Of a stretch of DNA of 64,000 nt, positions 62,499-64,000 are shown one piece after another (the stretch's first letter is position 1; every line of letters begins with the position of its first letter). Origin of the DNA: Lama guanicoe (lineage: Eukaryota); the NCBI GenBank assembly GCA_013239625.1, contig MU053319.1, positions 124,001 to 188,000 on the forward strand, read 5' to 3'. Made by a program: the position numbers and the translations under genes. The notes beneath the pieces were generated by a model that was not told the origin of the DNA, ran no database searches, and was given only the letters and a program-made list of their open reading frames with translations.

Positions 62499-64000
62499 TT
62501 ACTTATAATCACTCTTAAAGGAGTAAATACAATAAATAAACACTTAAATAAATATTCATGAAGGAAGAAATACAATAAATAAAGGAATAAAGACAAGCAA
62601 ATAATGGCTTAAGTCATTTCTATGAGGTTACTCCTTCTGTAGAGGACTTTCTCTTTCCTTCTGCATGGAAAAAACCTTCACTAAAGGCTACCGTGACTTA
62701 TCCAGGATAACTAAACCTTGGACTTCGCTGAACATGGGTAACATGAGAAGACATGGAAAGCGTGCAGGTGTCAAAATCAGAGCAGCAGAGTCTTGCTGTG
62801 AATTGTCAAGAAGGTCCAGGTTGAGGTGAAGCCCACGTGAATGGCCAGAAGTCAGCACCAAGCTCCTTGAGGTGGCCTGGGCAGAGGGACAGCCCTCCTG
62901 TGCAGGCAGAAGAGGCGGGACAGAGCGTGGGCTTGTGGGAGACCAGGAACTCCTCCTCTTCTTCCCACCTGAGGAATTCCCTGCCACCAACCGCCAGGGA
63001 CGGGGAGACAGAGCACAGAGCTCAAGGACCTGGAGTTAGCCAGATCTGGGTCCTTCAAGTTCTCTATTGTAAGGATGACAACCTTTAAAATCAATTTACC
63101 CTCTTTTGTTCTTAATAAATGTTTTCCTTTACAGTAATACCCTCCAGATGTGGGGCGCCCTCATCTCTTTGTTTAAAGGCCAATCTGAATCTCTTATTTT
63201 GTGACCACGAGTGGTATCATTTCCCTGAAGTGGAATGCCGCTTGCTTTTAAATGTAGGGGGAAGCATACAAGGCACTTAGAAAATTTAATTTAAAAGCCT
63301 GAGGGAAATGGTCTCTGCAATGATCTCTCTGTACCTTGAACTGTCATTAAAGACAACCTGCCACAGGTTCACCCAATAGTTCATTTTCTACCCTAAGTCC
63401 CATTAAGTTTTCATAAGAAATTGATACGCCCAGCTCATGTTGCTTCCCTTTCAAAAGTTTACCTAAGCCACAAGCGAAGTTTTCTTCTGAAGACATCTTC
63501 CTCAGAAGGAAATTTTCTGCCACTGTCCATCATGGAAGCCAGGCCTGTTTATGAACCTAAATGAATGATTCTATCAGGTTAGGACCATGGTCCATCCTAT
63601 TTACTATCAGGACACTGATAATAGAGCCAAATGGCAGGTAATTCAGGAAGGCCTGGACTGGATGCCCTAAAAACGCTTACCAGGGGCATGAGCTAAATAA
63701 GTTACTCGCTGGGTTAATTTTTCATTTCCTTTTATTGGTCCCATACTTCGCATATGAGAGTTTCAAGAACTGCCCAGAGCACTAACATGTTATTTGGTAA
63801 ATGAGTCTGTATTCACCTACCCAGTTTCTCAGTCACATCCTTTCCATCATGATAATGCTTTAAAGTGAAATTATAAGGAATCAACTATTGATTAAAAGCA
63901 ACTATTGCTTATAGAATAAGCCACTATGCCAGTTACTTTTTAAAAGAAGGTAAGGAAAATAATCCAGAAAAGGTGTATCCTGTGTCCTCACTTCTTAAAA

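Noticed and set aside
1..64000. CRISPR array, operon or other prokaryotic system
   Set aside because: No regularly spaced repeats or gene-dense ORFs; the sequence is mammalian.

Overview
Repeat-rich mammalian genomic DNA, most likely a camelid (alpaca or camel). The assignment rests on five copies of a tRNA-Ala-headed SINE with an AAACCTAATTACCTCCCC tail, a young cetartiodactyl-type L1 3' UTR, and no recognisable Alu, PRE1, Bov-A/BovB or SINEC. There are four N gaps, no prokaryotic features and no protein-coding gene I can name. The ORF track is L1 ORF2 remnants, gap artefacts and apparently chance ORFs. The window is dominated by L1 3' ends (several with target-site duplications (TSDs) or twin-priming inversions), SINEs, solo LTRs, MER DNA transposons, MIR and HAL1. 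Main points of interest: (1) a U6 snRNA-L1 chimeric retrocopy at 39.7-40.2 kb; (2) two dispersed L1 copies sharing the same swapped 3' end; (3) three L1 copies, including the U6 chimera, whose 5' ends fall at almost the same nucleotide; (4) a candidate unrecognised spliced minus-strand transcript (promoter about 18 kb, polyA signal about 1.35 kb) that can be phased into a 143-aa ORF; (5) a short telomere-like insert flanked by a direct repeat; (6) a 155-bp tandem duplication. Repeat family names come from recall of consensus sequences, not a database search, and boundaries are approximate.
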